Part shown: in pieces, positions 9,039-18,696 of the stretch
Numbering within the stretch: the first letter of the stretch is position 1
Layout of the letters: each line of letters opens with the position of its first letter
NCBI GenBank assembly: GCA_035259205.1
Contig: DATFWO010000318.1
Location: 7,954-71,953, forward strand
Direction: 5' to 3'
Source: Burkholderiales bacterium
GTDB taxonomy: Bacteria > Pseudomonadota > Gammaproteobacteria > Burkholderiales > SG8-41
Length of the DNA stretch: 64,000 nt
Position numbers and translations under genes: made by a program
The notes under the pieces: generated by a model
Databases searched by the model: none
Told to the model about the DNA's origin: nothing
Seen by the model: the letters and a program-made list of their open reading frames with translations, nothing else

Positions 9039-10949
9039 ATGCTTTCCTTCGTGCAAACGCCCAATTTGAGAATCCGCGTTTTCGTGGCGGTATTCGCGCT
9101 CGCCTGCATTGCGAGCCTCGCGTTTGTTTTTGCGCGCCCTGCCGTATACGCCGGCAGCGCTCGCCTGCAGGTAGAGATGCTGCCCGGTTCGTCCCAGAGC
9201 GGGGACGGCGATAACACCGCTCCCAATCTGCTCGTGGCGGCGCAGGCCCTTACCAGCAACGTGGTCCTCGACGAGGTCGCACGCCAGCTCGGCGGCTCGC
9301 CGTCGCTCAATGCGGACGCGCTGCGGGGCATGCTGAGCGCGGCGCCGGTCGAGGGAACCAACGTTATCGACCTGCACGGCGAAGGCGGCGATCGCGAGCT
9401 TCTGCTGCGCGCGCTCAGGGCATGGACCGAAGCCTGGCGGCGGACTGAAACCGATGCCCACGCTCAATCGTCTACGGCCACGCTCGAGGATGCGCGCACC
9501 AGCGTGGAACAGCTCAAGCGGGACGTCGCCGCCAAGCGCCAGGAGCTCGAGCAGTTCCGCAAGAAGTTTGACATCGTATCGGGGGAGCGGGATGAAAATC
9601 AATCCGCCGCGCGACTGAGAGCGCTGAATAGCGCCATCAACGAGGCGCGCAACCGGGAAGTGAAGGCCGAGGCGGCCTTGAACGCCATGCGCGAGAACAT
9701 GGCCGCCGGCAAGCCGGTTGCGGGAGCGGCGGAGCGTGCCGTCGTGGCCGACCTGGAAAGGCGGGCGAGTGATCTGCGTGACCGGATGAAGGATCTCGAG
9801 CAGGAGTTCACTCCCCACTATCTGTCGTTCGATCCCAAATACAAGGCGATGAAGGCGAACCTGACGCGGCTCGAGCAGCAGATCGAGCAGGAGAGGCGAG
9901 GCAGCGCTGCTCAGGCTGTACAGGCTGCGGAGGACGAACTCGCAAGCTCGAGGCAGGCCCAGCTGCGCTTGCAACAGGAGTTCACTGTACGCAAACGGGA
10001 GACCCAGGAGTTCTCCACGCGATTTTCCGAGCAGACCGCGCTGGTCAATGAGCTCAAGCGGCTGGAGGAATCGTACGACGGCGAGAAGGCGCGCCTTGCG
10101 GCGCTCGATGCAGGAAGGAAGCGCGCTGGTCCGAAGATGACCGTATTGGCGGTTCCCTCGGTCCCCGAGCGCCCCATCCGCCCCGATTACTGGCGCGACG
10201 CCCTGATCGGCATTGCCGGTTCTTGCGCGCTCGGCTTCGCGGCGGTTTGGTTCGTGGAATTTTTCAAGCGCTCCGGTGTGCCGCGCCTGGAGCCGGCTAC
10301 GCAACCCATCATCCATATCTCCTATCCGCCCGGCATAACGCTCGATCGCGCGGTGCCGGTACTGGCCTCTGACGCACCGCGCCTCATCGAGCGGATCCCC
10401 CAGTTTCCCCGCGAACTGTCCGGGCCCGAGGTCTACGCGCTGTGGAACGCCGCGGGCCCGGACGCACGGGTGGTCGTCGCCGGATTGCTCGGTGGCCTGT
10501 CGCTCGAGGATCTCACCGCGTTGCGCCATGAGGATGTCGATTTCGACGCCAACAGCATGCGGATCCCCAGCGTTTCAGGCCGGTCAGGCGCTTTGCGCGA
10601 CCCGTTGCGGCGTTTGTTGATCGAGCGGCGGCCGGCGACTGGCAGCGGAGCCGCGCTGAGCGACCGGCAAGGGAAACCGCTGTCGAACGCGGACCTCGAG
10701 GGCCTGGTCGCATGCGCCGCCTGCGACGCGGGTCTATCGAACCCGGTCGAGGTAACCTCCGAAGCGCTGCGCCACACCTATTTTGCATATCTCATCCGGC
10801 AGGGCGCGCGGTTGGCGGACATCGGCGAATTCATAGGCCATATTTCGCCTGCGGCTTTCCGCGACTACGGTCGGCTCTCGCCGGCCGGACCCGGACTGCC
10901 GCTCGAGCAGATAGACCCGGTTTTTCCCGCGCTGCGCGTCCAAGGCTAG
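9039..10949 (+). CDS. Polysaccharide co-polymerase (Wzz/GumC-like chain-length determinant) with a C-terminal tyrosine-recombinase-like domain
   Basis: N-terminal TM helix, a long periplasmic coiled-coil (ELEQFRKKFD, LEQQIEQERR) and a second TM helix (ALIGIAGSCALGFAAVWFVEFF). A cytoplasmic tail of about 178 aa (nt 10413-10946) then aligns by eye to integrase catalytic-domain blocks: GLSLEDLTALRHEDVDFD, ALRHTYFAYLIRQGARLADIGEFIGH, RDYGRL. Confidence 0.7.
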   Translation: MLSFVQTPNLRIRVFVAVFALACIASLAFVFARPAVYAGSARLQVEMLPGSSQSGDGDNTAPNLLVAAQALTSNVVLDEVARQLGGSPSLNADALRGMLSAAPVEGTNVIDLHGEGGDRELLLRALRAWTEAWRRTETDAHAQSSTATLEDARTSVEQLKRDVAAKRQELEQFRKKFDIVSGERDENQSAARLRALNSAINEARNREVKAEAALNAMRENMAAGKPVAGAAERAVVADLERRASDLRDRMKDLEQEFTPHYLSFDPKYKAMKANLTRLEQQIEQERRGSAAQAVQAAEDELASSRQAQLRLQQEFTVRKRETQEFSTRFSEQTALVNELKRLEESYDGEKARLAALDAGRKRAGPKMTVLAVPSVPERPIRPDYWRDALIGIAGSCALGFAAVWFVEFFKRSGVPRLEPATQPIIHISYPPGITLDRAVPVLASDAPRLIERIPQFPRELSGPEVYALWNAAGPDARVVVAGLLGGLSLEDLTALRHEDVDFDANSMRIPSVSGRSGALRDPLRRLLIERRPATGSGAALSDRQGKPLSNADLEGLVACAACDAGLSNPVEVTSEALRHTYFAYLIRQGARLADIGEFIGHISPAAFRDYGRLSPAGPGLPLEQIDPVFPALRVQG

Positions 10950-10994
10950 CCCTCGCCGTGCGGCGTGTGCCGGCCAATGGCCGACGGGCTGTCC

Positions 10995-11834
10995 TTATTC
11001 GAATCCGGCGATCTTTGCGTTCCGCAGCATCTCGCGGATGTACTGGGACGGAATCGCATAAGTAATTCCGCTGGGCCGGCTGATCGCCGCCTCACGGGTT
11101 CCCTGCACGAATACGGCATTGATGATCCCATAGACCGTTCCGTCATCCGGATCGTATAGCGGACTGCCGCTGTTGCCGGGATACGCGGTGCCGTCGAGCT
11201 GGAACACGTGGTAGAAGGAATTGCGGATGCGATCTATCGCCTGCGCGGTCAGCTGCTGGGCGGTGATGCCCGGAAGAGCGACGGGCGTGATCGCGGCAAT
11301 CATGGCGCGGTGGGTCGCTGGATGAAAGCCGAGCACGGCGACGATGGGAAACCCCGTTAGAACGAGCTGCTGGCCTTCGCGCACCCCGGCCGAATCGCCA
11401 AGCTTGAGCGCTGGCAGTGGATCACCGGCGATCTTCAGTAGCGCCAGATCATGGTCCTTGTCGACCGCCACGACTTCGGCCGCTCGAACCTGGCCTGCGC
11501 CGTCCTTGGAAACGAGCACCACGCGCGATTCTTTCTTCTCCTCGTCGAGGGGCCGCATGGCGACGTGGGCGTTGGTCACGACGTACCGGCCGTCGGCGAC
11601 CACGAAACCGGTGCCGCCGAACTGAACGGCCGGGCTGCGGACCTTGAGAAACGTGCCGATTGCAACGATGGACGGCTTCACCCGTTCAATGGTCTGCGTC
11701 AGCTCGGCGCCGCCGGCCGGATGAGGTATCGCCAGGCTTGCGGTGAGCGATAAGAAGAGCAGCAACTGGGTGATATGCCGGAGGGCACAGTCGAGCAGAA
11801 GGTTGAGGGGCGCGGACCTCATTGAGGTAGCCAT
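10995..11834 (-). CDS. Secreted trypsin-like serine protease (S1 family, DegP-like protease domain, no PDZ)
   Basis: Catalytic triad contexts VVTNAHV, DLALLKI and GNSGSPL, with an N-terminal hydrophobic signal-like segment. Confidence 0.8.
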   Translation of the reverse strand: MATSMRSAPLNLLLDCALRHITQLLLFLSLTASLAIPHPAGGAELTQTIERVKPSIVAIGTFLKVRSPAVQFGGTGFVVADGRYVVTNAHVAMRPLDEEKKESRVVLVSKDGAGQVRAAEVVAVDKDHDLALLKIAGDPLPALKLGDSAGVREGQQLVLTGFPIVAVLGFHPATHRAMIAAITPVALPGITAQQLTAQAIDRIRNSFYHVFQLDGTAYPGNSGSPLYDPDDGTVYGIINAVFVQGTREAAISRPSGITYAIPSQYIREMLRNAKIAGFE

Positions 11835-12025
11835 TTTACGTGTTTGCCATTAGACTTGGCGCGTTTTGGCGTTCATCCGGAACGTCGCGCCCGCCAGTTG
11901 CGGGTGCGGGCAAAAAAATGGCGGTCGGCTTGCGTCGGCCCGCATGAACCGCCGCTGGTGAAGGGCCTCACCGCGCCGGCGCGCCGGAAACGGGACTGCC
12001 TGCTGTCAATAATACAGAGCACGGA

Positions 12026-13309
12026 TTGATGAGCGTAATCGCTGTCGTTGGGCTTGGATACGTGGGCTTGCCGCTTGCCGTGGAGTTCGGCAAGAAGGGC
12101 GAGACCATTGGGTTCGACTTGTCGCGGGAGAAGGTCGAGAGCTACCGCCGCTTCGAGGACCCGACCGGCGAGGTGGCGAGCGCGGATCTGCGCGCCGCGA
12201 AGCATCTGACAGTGACCTCGGAGCCGGCGGCACTCGCGCGGGCTGATTTCATCATCGTTGCGGTGCCGACGCCGGTCGACGGTGCGCATCAGCCCGATCT
12301 GAGCCCGCTCGTACGCGCGAGCGAAACGGTGGGCAGGAATCTGAAACGCGGCGCCATCGTCGTCTATGAATCGACGGTCTACCCGGGCGCGACGGAGGAA
12401 GTGTGCATTCCGGTCATCGAGAAATTTTCCGGAAAGCGCTGGAAACACGATTTCCACGTCGGCTATTCTCCGGAGCGCATCAATCCCGGCGACAAGGAAC
12501 ATACGCTGACCCGGATCCTGAAAGTGGTGTCCGGAGACGATGCCGAGACGCTCGAAAAGGTCGCCGCGCTCTACGAAAGCATCGTCACCGCCGGAGTGTA
12601 CCGGGCGTCGAGCCTCAAAGTAGCGGAGGCCGCCAAAGTGATAGAGAACACGCAGCGCGACCTCAATATCGCCCTGATGAACGAGCTTGCGATCCTGTTC
12701 GACCGGATCGGCATCGATACACTCGAAGTGCTGCAGGCCGCCGGGACGAAATGGAACTTCCTGCCGTTCCGGCCGGGTCTCGTCGGCGGACACTGCATCG
12801 GCGTCGATCCCTATTACCTTACCCACAAGGCCGACATGCTGGGCTACCACCCGCAGGTGATCCTGGCGGGGCGCCGGATCAACGACGGCATGGGCAAGTT
12901 CATAGCCGAGCAGACCGTCAAGCACATGATCCGCAACGGCTCGCAGATCAAGGGCTCGAAGGTCAACGTCCTCGGATTGACCTTCAAGGAAGACTGTCCC
13001 GACATCCGCAATACGCGGGTGATCGACGTCGTCCACGAGTTACAGGCGTACGGCGTCGACGTGCACGTCCATGATCCCGTGCCCAATGCGGACGAGGCGC
13101 GACACGAGTACGGGATCGTGCTCGAGTCGTGGGAAGCGTTGCCGCGCGCGAGCGCGGTGATTGTGGCGGTCGTGCACCGCGAGTTCGTGACGAAGCCGAT
13201 GTCCGAGTTCGTCGCCAAAGTCGTCGACGGGGGCTGCTTCATCGACGTCAAGGCCCGCTTTGATGTGGCCGCATTGCGGAAAGCGGGTCTGACGGTCTGG
13301 CGGTTGTGA
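12026..13309 (+). CDS. Nucleotide-sugar 6-dehydrogenase (UDP-N-acetyl-hexosamine dehydrogenase, TviB/WbpO/CapL-like)
   Basis: Rossmann [15 protein letters not shown], catalytic [11 protein letters not shown], 427 aa. The ORF opens with TTG at 12026; the ATG at 12029 is the likely start. Confidence 0.85.
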   Translation: MMSVIAVVGLGYVGLPLAVEFGKKGETIGFDLSREKVESYRRFEDPTGEVASADLRAAKHLTVTSEPAALARADFIIVAVPTPVDGAHQPDLSPLVRASETVGRNLKRGAIVVYESTVYPGATEEVCIPVIEKFSGKRWKHDFHVGYSPERINPGDKEHTLTRILKVVSGDDAETLEKVAALYESIVTAGVYRASSLKVAEAAKVIENTQRDLNIALMNELAILFDRIGIDTLEVLQAAGTKWNFLPFRPGLVGGHCIGVDPYYLTHKADMLGYHPQVILAGRRINDGMGKFIAEQTVKHMIRNGSQIKGSKVNVLGLTFKEDCPDIRNTRVIDVVHELQAYGVDVHVHDPVPNADEARHEYGIVLESWEALPRASAVIVAVVHREFVTKPMSEFVAKVVDGGCFIDVKARFDVAALRKAGLTVWRL

Positions 13310-14388
13310 TTGCCAGGGTCGGCGTGACGTCCAGATATCAGGAGGTTAAGGCGTCCCTGCAGCGTGGCCCGCGCCGGTGGCTGGTCACGGGCGCCGCGGG
13401 CTTTATCGGTTCGCACCTCGTGGAGGCGTTGCTCCAGCTCGATCAGGACGTCGTCGCGCTCGACAACTTCGCGACCGGGTACGCGCACAATCTCGAGGAG
13501 GTGAAGAAGCTGGTCGGCGACCAGCGCTGGCGCAGGCTGAACTTCATCGAGGGCGATATCCGGGATCTCGCACACTGCCGCCGCGCATGCGCCGGCGTCG
13601 CCTATGTGCTTCATCACGCGGCCCTGGGCTCCGTGCCGCGTTCGATCGAGGAGCCGCTGAAGAGCCATGAATCCAACGTAACGGGGTTCGTCAACATGCT
13701 CGTTGCAGCGCGCGATGCAGGGGTCGAGCGTTTTGTCTACGCGGCGTCGAGCTCCACCTATGGCGATCATCCGGGTCTACCCAAGGTCGAGGATGTTATC
13801 GGACGACCCCTGTCACCGTATGCCGTCACGAAGTACGCGAACGAGCTCTACGCCGATGTCTTTGCCCGCTGCTATGGCGTCGCTTCAGTCGGACTGCGCT
13901 ATTTCAACATCTTCGGATCGCGGCAGGATCCCGACGGCGCATACGCGGCGGTCATCCCGAAGTGGATCGCCCAGTTTCTCAGCGGCCAGCCCGTGTACAT
14001 CAACGGTGACGGCGAAACCAGCCGCGATTTTTGCTACGTCGAAAACGCGATCCAGGCGAACCTGCTCGCCGCGGCCACTGCCGATGCGGCCGCTCTGAAC
14101 CAGGTCTACAACGTTGCGGTCGCCGAACGCACAACGCTTAACGAGCTGTTCGAAATGCAGCGCGATCTGCTGGTGGAGCATGTTCCGTGGGTGCGCGACT
14201 CCAAGCCGCATTACCGGGAATTCCGAGAGGGCGACGTGCGCCACTCCCAGGCCGATATCTCCAAGGCCGAGAAGCTCCTCGCTTACGTGCCGACCCATCG
14301 CCTACGCGAGGGCCTCAAGGAGGCGATGGGATGGTATGTCAGAAACCTGCGGCAGCAGGCCGGGAACGATCCAGCCAAGGCGACGTGA
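13306..14388 (+). CDS. NAD-dependent nucleotide-sugar 4-epimerase (TviC/WbpP-like SDR)
   Basis: [11 protein letters not shown] and [11 protein letters not shown] (YxxxK) motifs. The GTG start overlaps the upstream stop, suggesting translational coupling with the dehydrogenase. Confidence 0.85.
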   Translation: MIARVGVTSRYQEVKASLQRGPRRWLVTGAAGFIGSHLVEALLQLDQDVVALDNFATGYAHNLEEVKKLVGDQRWRRLNFIEGDIRDLAHCRRACAGVAYVLHHAALGSVPRSIEEPLKSHESNVTGFVNMLVAARDAGVERFVYAASSSTYGDHPGLPKVEDVIGRPLSPYAVTKYANELYADVFARCYGVASVGLRYFNIFGSRQDPDGAYAAVIPKWIAQFLSGQPVYINGDGETSRDFCYVENAIQANLLAAATADAAALNQVYNVAVAERTTLNELFEMQRDLLVEHVPWVRDSKPHYREFREGDVRHSQADISKAEKLLAYVPTHRLREGLKEAMGWYVRNLRQQAGNDPAKAT

Positions 14389-14434
14389 GAGTACTCCTGC
14401 CGCGCGTTACGATCGGCGGGCCACGCAAAAACGC

Positions 14435-14755
14435 CTAGCTCTGGACCAGATCTTCCAGGCGGCGTCTGGGTAGGGTTCCCCTTTGAGTCCCACCACTGGC
14501 GCATAGCAGGCTGGTGAGAGGGTTTCTGCGCTGGCGCCGCCGCCGTTCCTGGTGAGGGGCGCCATCGGAGACCCATTCCCCCTGAGCGAGCGGGGCGCGG
14601 GCCTGTTCCAGTCGCGCTACGACCATCTCGTTGCTGTGTAACAGGAATTCGAGAATGGTGCGCGTCTGGTTCTCTATCTTTAGCGACAGCATGTAGATGG
14701 CGGTTGCAGTCACCGCCAGTCCCACCACTATCAGCCACCCGATTAATTCATTCAT
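14435..14755 (-). CDS. Small single-pass membrane protein, unknown function
   Basis: ATG preceded by AGGA. N-terminal TM helix LIGWLIVVGLAVTATAIYML, then a short helical segment and an Arg-rich tail. A sigma-54 promoter and a 17-bp box lie upstream in the correct orientation. Confidence 0.35.
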   Translation of the reverse strand: MNELIGWLIVVGLAVTATAIYMLSLKIENQTRTILEFLLHSNEMVVARLEQARAPLAQGEWVSDGAPHQERRRRQRRNPLTSLLCASGGTQRGTLPRRRLEDLVQS

Positions 14756-14865
14756 CTAGCCATCCTGACGTCATGATGCTTTACACTTGCCACGTAGCCG
14801 CACGCGTCGCCTAGACCTCGAGGAGCGACCGACCCATGAGCATTTCGACTTCCTCACCACCCACA

Positions 14866-14881
14866 CGCAATTTCCACGCCA
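14866..14881 (-). promoter_or_regulatory. Sigma-54 (-24/-12) promoter (minus strand)
   Basis: The reverse complement reads TGGCGT-GGAAA-TTGCG, about 110 nt upstream of the ATG at 14755. Confidence 0.5.
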
Positions 14882-14944
14882 AGAAATGTTTATGTAATTG
14901 AAACAGATACTTGTTAAAGTGCTCCAGCCGGCTATGGCGCCGTT

Positions 14945-14961
14945 TGTAAAATATTTCGACA
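14945..14961 (-). promoter_or_regulatory. 17-bp box copy (reverse complement TGTCGAAATATTTTACA)
   Basis: Oriented toward the minus-strand small ORF, 64 bp upstream of the minus-strand promoter at 14866-14881. It is also about 200 bp upstream of the plus-strand promoter at 15159. Confidence 0.6.
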
Positions 14962-15158
14962 GAAATTCGAGGAATTGCCGGGTAGACATTTCGCTGCTGC
15001 AAGACTCAAATCGCACAACGCGTCACGCTTCCGCCCTGTCATAAAGTCGACACGTGCGCTGAATTTCAATCACTGAGACGCACTGGTTTGGATCGGGCAT
15101 TGCCCTTTAACACCATGATTGTATTGAATTATAGGTGTTTACCTCGACGCGTTGCCGG

Positions 15159-15174
15159 TGGCACGCGGTTTGCG
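15159..15174 (+). promoter_or_regulatory. Sigma-54 (-24/-12) promoter in front of the sugar-transferase-prsK-prsR operon
   Basis: TGGCAC-GCGGT-TTGCG is a near-consensus match. The GC of the -12 element is only about 15 nt from the ATG at 15188. Confidence 0.55.
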
Positions 15175-15187
15175 GTGTAGGGCTGTC

Positions 15188-16579
15188 ATGATCCCGATAT
15201 TCAGCCATTACGTTCCCGGCAGACTGATATTTCTCGCCGCTCTGGAGGCGGGAGTACTGTTGCTCGCTGCCTATGTCGGTATTTCCATGCACATGGCCGA
15301 GCCCGGCGTGATCGCCAGTTCCGCGCCCTCGCTGCCGCCGCAGATCGTCGCGTTTGTGTTCGGCATGTTGATCGTCATGTCGAGCATGGGTCTTTACCAG
15401 CCCGATCTGTGGGGCAATACCCAGGCGGTTGGCGTGCGCCTCGTTGCCGCGCTCGTGCTGGGATTTACTGTCATCGGGCTCGTTTCGCATCTGGTTCCGT
15501 CGCTGCACTTCGGTCCGCACGCACTCGGCGGCGCGCTGGTCGTAGCGCTGACCGGAAGCATTGTCGTCCGCGCCGCATTTTTCAAGTGGAGCAACCTGGG
15601 CGTATTCAAATCACGGGTGCTGGTGCTCGGCACGGGCTCGCGCGTGATGAGGCTTGCAGAATTTGCCCAGCACAATCCGAATCACGTCGTGATCGGGTAC
15701 GTCGCTCTCCAGGAGTCCAAGCACTACATTCCGCTGCCTCACGTGTTGCCCATGGAGCCCGGGGAATCGCTGTTGTCCATCGTCAGGAAGTACTCGATCG
15801 ACCAGATCGTCATTGCGGTGCGCGACCGGCGCGGAGGCGGCTTCCCGGTGCAGCCGCTGCTGGAGTGCCGCCTGAACGGCGTCAAGGTCACCGAGCTGCC
15901 GACGTTCTTCGAACGCGAGTACCGTCAGGTGCTGCTCGAGTCGCTCAACCCGAGCTGGATGGTCCTCGGAGAAGGTTTCCGTCAGGGATTTTTCCGCAAT
16001 TCCGTAAAGCGCTTGTTCGATCTGGCCGTGAGCGGTGTGCTGCTCCTGCTGACGCTGCCGATCATGTTCATCACCGCTATCTGTATCGCGCTCGAAAGCG
16101 GACTGCCCGTCCTGTATCGCCAGGACCGCGTCGGCCAGGGTGGCCGCATTTTCACGCTCTACAAGTTCCGCAGCATGAAGAACGATGCGGAGAACGACGG
16201 AACGCCGCGCTGGGCGGCCACCGACGATGACCGTACCACGTACGTGGGGAAGATCATCCGCAAGCTGCGGATCGATGAGCTGCCGCAGATCATCAACGTG
16301 CTGAAGGGCGACATGAGCTTTGTCGGACCGCGCCCGGAACGGCCGTATTTCGTCGACCAGCTCGGGAGGCAGATACCGTACTATGCATTGCGGCACAGCG
16401 TTAAGCCGGGGATCACCGGCTGGGCTCAGGTGCGTTACCCCTATGGCGCGTCAGTTGACGATGCGATCGAAAAACTTCAGTATGATCTGTACTATGTGAA
16501 GAATCACTGCCTCTTCCTCGATCTCATGATCCTGATCGATACCGTGCAAGTCGTATTGTGGGGCAAGGGGGCGAGATAG
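15188..16579 (+). CDS. Undecaprenyl-phosphate sugar phosphotransferase (priming sugar transferase, PEP-CTERM-locus EpsB/WbaP type)
   Basis: N-terminus MIPIFSHYVPGRL followed by TM helices. The C-terminal bacterial sugar transferase domain includes YKFRSM, DELPQIINVLKGDMSFVGPRPERP and GITGWAQV. The ORF-track start at 15152 is a TTG lying inside the promoter. Confidence 0.85.
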   Translation: MIPIFSHYVPGRLIFLAALEAGVLLLAAYVGISMHMAEPGVIASSAPSLPPQIVAFVFGMLIVMSSMGLYQPDLWGNTQAVGVRLVAALVLGFTVIGLVSHLVPSLHFGPHALGGALVVALTGSIVVRAAFFKWSNLGVFKSRVLVLGTGSRVMRLAEFAQHNPNHVVIGYVALQESKHYIPLPHVLPMEPGESLLSIVRKYSIDQIVIAVRDRRGGGFPVQPLLECRLNGVKVTELPTFFEREYRQVLLESLNPSWMVLGEGFRQGFFRNSVKRLFDLAVSGVLLLLTLPIMFITAICIALESGLPVLYRQDRVGQGGRIFTLYKFRSMKNDAENDGTPRWAATDDDRTTYVGKIIRKLRIDELPQIINVLKGDMSFVGPRPERPYFVDQLGRQIPYYALRHSVKPGITGWAQVRYPYGASVDDAIEKLQYDLYYVKNHCLFLDLMILIDTVQVVLWGKGAR

Positions 16580-16617
16580 CAAGAGGCTGTTGACCGGGCG
16601 CTGGACGGAAATAACCG

Positions 16618-18696
16618 ATGGCACTACCTGTCGGGACCTTGGGGTACGCCGCTGCAGCAGCGGCGTTTCTTTTTCTATCCGTGCTGTTGGTGATGAGCTG
16701 GCGCGGCCGCTTGCCCGGCATTTTGCTGGCCGCGGGCAGTCTCACGACCGTAGCGTGGGCGGGCGCAACAGCGTATCTCATCGCTCGGCCCGACCCCTCT
16801 CTATTCGCCGCCGACCTGCTCGAGGTTCTGCGCACCGCCGCATGGCTCATTTTCCTGATGGTGCTGCTCGGGTACGGCAGCAAGGAGGTCGGGCGCCTGC
16901 GGCTGTTCGCTGTTGCCCTGGTGGTGTTTTGCGGCGTGCTCTTCGCGGCGACGTTCTTTTCGGGCTATACGTTCGCGACCAGGCTGGGCGCCTTCGGCAT
17001 TTTCGGCCGGCTGACTCTGGCGGTGGTCGGCATGATCCTGGTCGAGCAGCTCTACCGCAACGTCAATCCGCAGCAGCGGTGGGGCATCAAGTTCCTGTGC
17101 CTCGGATTCGGCGGAATTTTCGCCTGCGATTTTTATCTTTACGCCGACGCGCAGTTGTTCCGGCGCGTGGACGGCGACATCTGGGCGGCGCGTGGTGTCG
17201 TCAACGCGCTGGTCGTCCCGCTCCTCGCCATCGCGACTGCGCGCAACCCGACGTTGTCGCTGGATGTGACCATTTCGCGTCGAATCGTGTTCCACTCCAC
17301 GGCGATGCTCGGGGCGGCGACGTACCTGCTGTTGATGGCGCTCGCCGGATTCTACATACGCTACTTCGGCGGCAACTGGGGCTCGGTGCTTCAGGTCATC
17401 TTCCTGTTCGGCGCCGTGATGTTGCTCTGCGCAATCCTGTTCTCGGGCACCCTCCGCGCCCGCCTGAAGGTCTTTCTCAGCAAGAACTTTTTCAGCTACC
17501 ACTACGATTACCGCGACGAATGGCTGCGCTTCACGCAAACGTTGTCGGAAGGCGAGCCCGGCACGCAATTGCGCGAGCGCTCCATCCAGGCGATCGCCGG
17601 CCTGGTCGACAGTCCGGGCGGCGCGCTGTGGCTGGCCCAGGAATCGGGGACTTTCGAGCTGAGCGCGCACTGGAACACTCCGAGCGCGAGCGGGACCGAG
17701 CAGGCCGACGGCGCGCTCTGCCAGTTCCTGGAACGGCGCCATTGGGTCATCGACCTCGACGAGTACGTGACGCACCCTGAGCTCTACGAGGGGCTCAAGA
17801 TCCCGGAATCGGTGCGTTTGGTCCCGCTCGCCTGGCTCGTGGTGCCGCTGACGCTTCACGAGCGGCTGGTGGGATTTGTGGTGCTCGTCCGGTCGCAGGG
17901 CCGCGTCAAGCTCAATTGGGAAGTGAACGACCTGCTGAAGACCGCCGGCCGGCAGGCGGCGAGCTACCTCGCACAGCTGGAGGCTGCCAAGGCGTTGCTG
18001 GTGGCGCGGCAGTTCGAATCTTTCAACCGCATGTCCGCATTCGTGGTGCACGACCTCAAGAACCTGGTGGCGCAGCTGTCGCTGCTCCTTTCGAATGCAG
18101 ACCGGCACAAGCACGAGCCCGCATTCCAGCAGGACATGATAGAGACGGTGGCCCATTCGGTCGAAAAGATGAGCCGGCTGTTGTTCCAGTTACGTGGCGG
18201 CTATACTCTGGAAGCTCCGAAGCCGGTCTCGCTCGAGGAGCTGCTGCGGCAGGTAGTCGCTGCACGTTCGGGCCTGAAGCCGGCTCCACGACTCGAGGTG
18301 CGAGACGGCTCGATGAGCGTGGTCGCCCACCGCGCGCGCCTCGAGCGCGTGATCGGCCACCTGGTCCAGAATGCCATTGACGCGACGCCCGCGGAGGGCA
18401 ATGTGGTAGTCCAGCTTTTGCGGCAGAATAGCTCTGCGGTGATCGAAATCGCCGATACCGGATGCGGAATGAGCGAGCAGTTCATCCGCTACCGGCTGTT
18501 CAAGCCGTTCGAGTCGACGAAAGCTGCGGGCATGGGAATCGGCACTTATGAGACGCAGCAGTATGTGAGGGAGCTCGGCGGACGCATCCATGTGGAGAGC
18601 CGGGAGGCGCGGGGAACCACCTTCCGCGTCGACCTCCCGTTACATGCCCATGCGGATGCCGCGGGAGAGGGTGTGGCGGTGGAGGACCAGGCTTGA
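16618..18696 (+). CDS. prsK: PEP-CTERM system sensor histidine kinase
   Basis: About 8 N-terminal TM helices and a GAF-like middle region. H-box FVVHDLKNLVAQL, N-box LVQNAIDAT and G-box IADTGCGM. It lies immediately upstream of, and overlaps, the sigma-54 activator gene. Confidence 0.85.
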   Translation: MALPVGTLGYAAAAAAFLFLSVLLVMSWRGRLPGILLAAGSLTTVAWAGATAYLIARPDPSLFAADLLEVLRTAAWLIFLMVLLGYGSKEVGRLRLFAVALVVFCGVLFAATFFSGYTFATRLGAFGIFGRLTLAVVGMILVEQLYRNVNPQQRWGIKFLCLGFGGIFACDFYLYADAQLFRRVDGDIWAARGVVNALVVPLLAIATARNPTLSLDVTISRRIVFHSTAMLGAATYLLLMALAGFYIRYFGGNWGSVLQVIFLFGAVMLLCAILFSGTLRARLKVFLSKNFFSYHYDYRDEWLRFTQTLSEGEPGTQLRERSIQAIAGLVDSPGGALWLAQESGTFELSAHWNTPSASGTEQADGALCQFLERRHWVIDLDEYVTHPELYEGLKIPESVRLVPLAWLVVPLTLHERLVGFVVLVRSQGRVKLNWEVNDLLKTAGRQAASYLAQLEAAKALLVARQFESFNRMSAFVVHDLKNLVAQLSLLLSNADRHKHEPAFQQDMIETVAHSVEKMSRLLFQLRGGYTLEAPKPVSLEELLRQVVAARSGLKPAPRLEVRDGSMSVVAHRARLERVIGHLVQNAIDATPAEGNVVVQLLRQNSSAVIEIADTGCGMSEQFIRYRLFKPFESTKAAGMGIGTYETQQYVRELGGRIHVESREARGTTFRVDLPLHAHADAAGEGVAVEDQA

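Noticed and set aside
8946-13036. Long antisense ORFs 8946..10529 (-) and 11873..13036 (-), opposite the Wzz-like and dehydrogenase genes
   Set aside because: Low-complexity Arg/Gly/Asp-rich translations, while the sense frames carry unambiguous catalytic motifs.
15152-15187. ORF-track starts at 15152 (TTG), 58825 (TTG), 46016 (ATG), 149, 21038, 24246, 37354, 49010, 60481 and 62476
   Set aside because: These N-terminal extensions run through promoter elements, overlap neighbouring genes or add Arg-rich non-signal sequence. Internal starts give proper signal peptides, conserved N-termini or RBS spacing.
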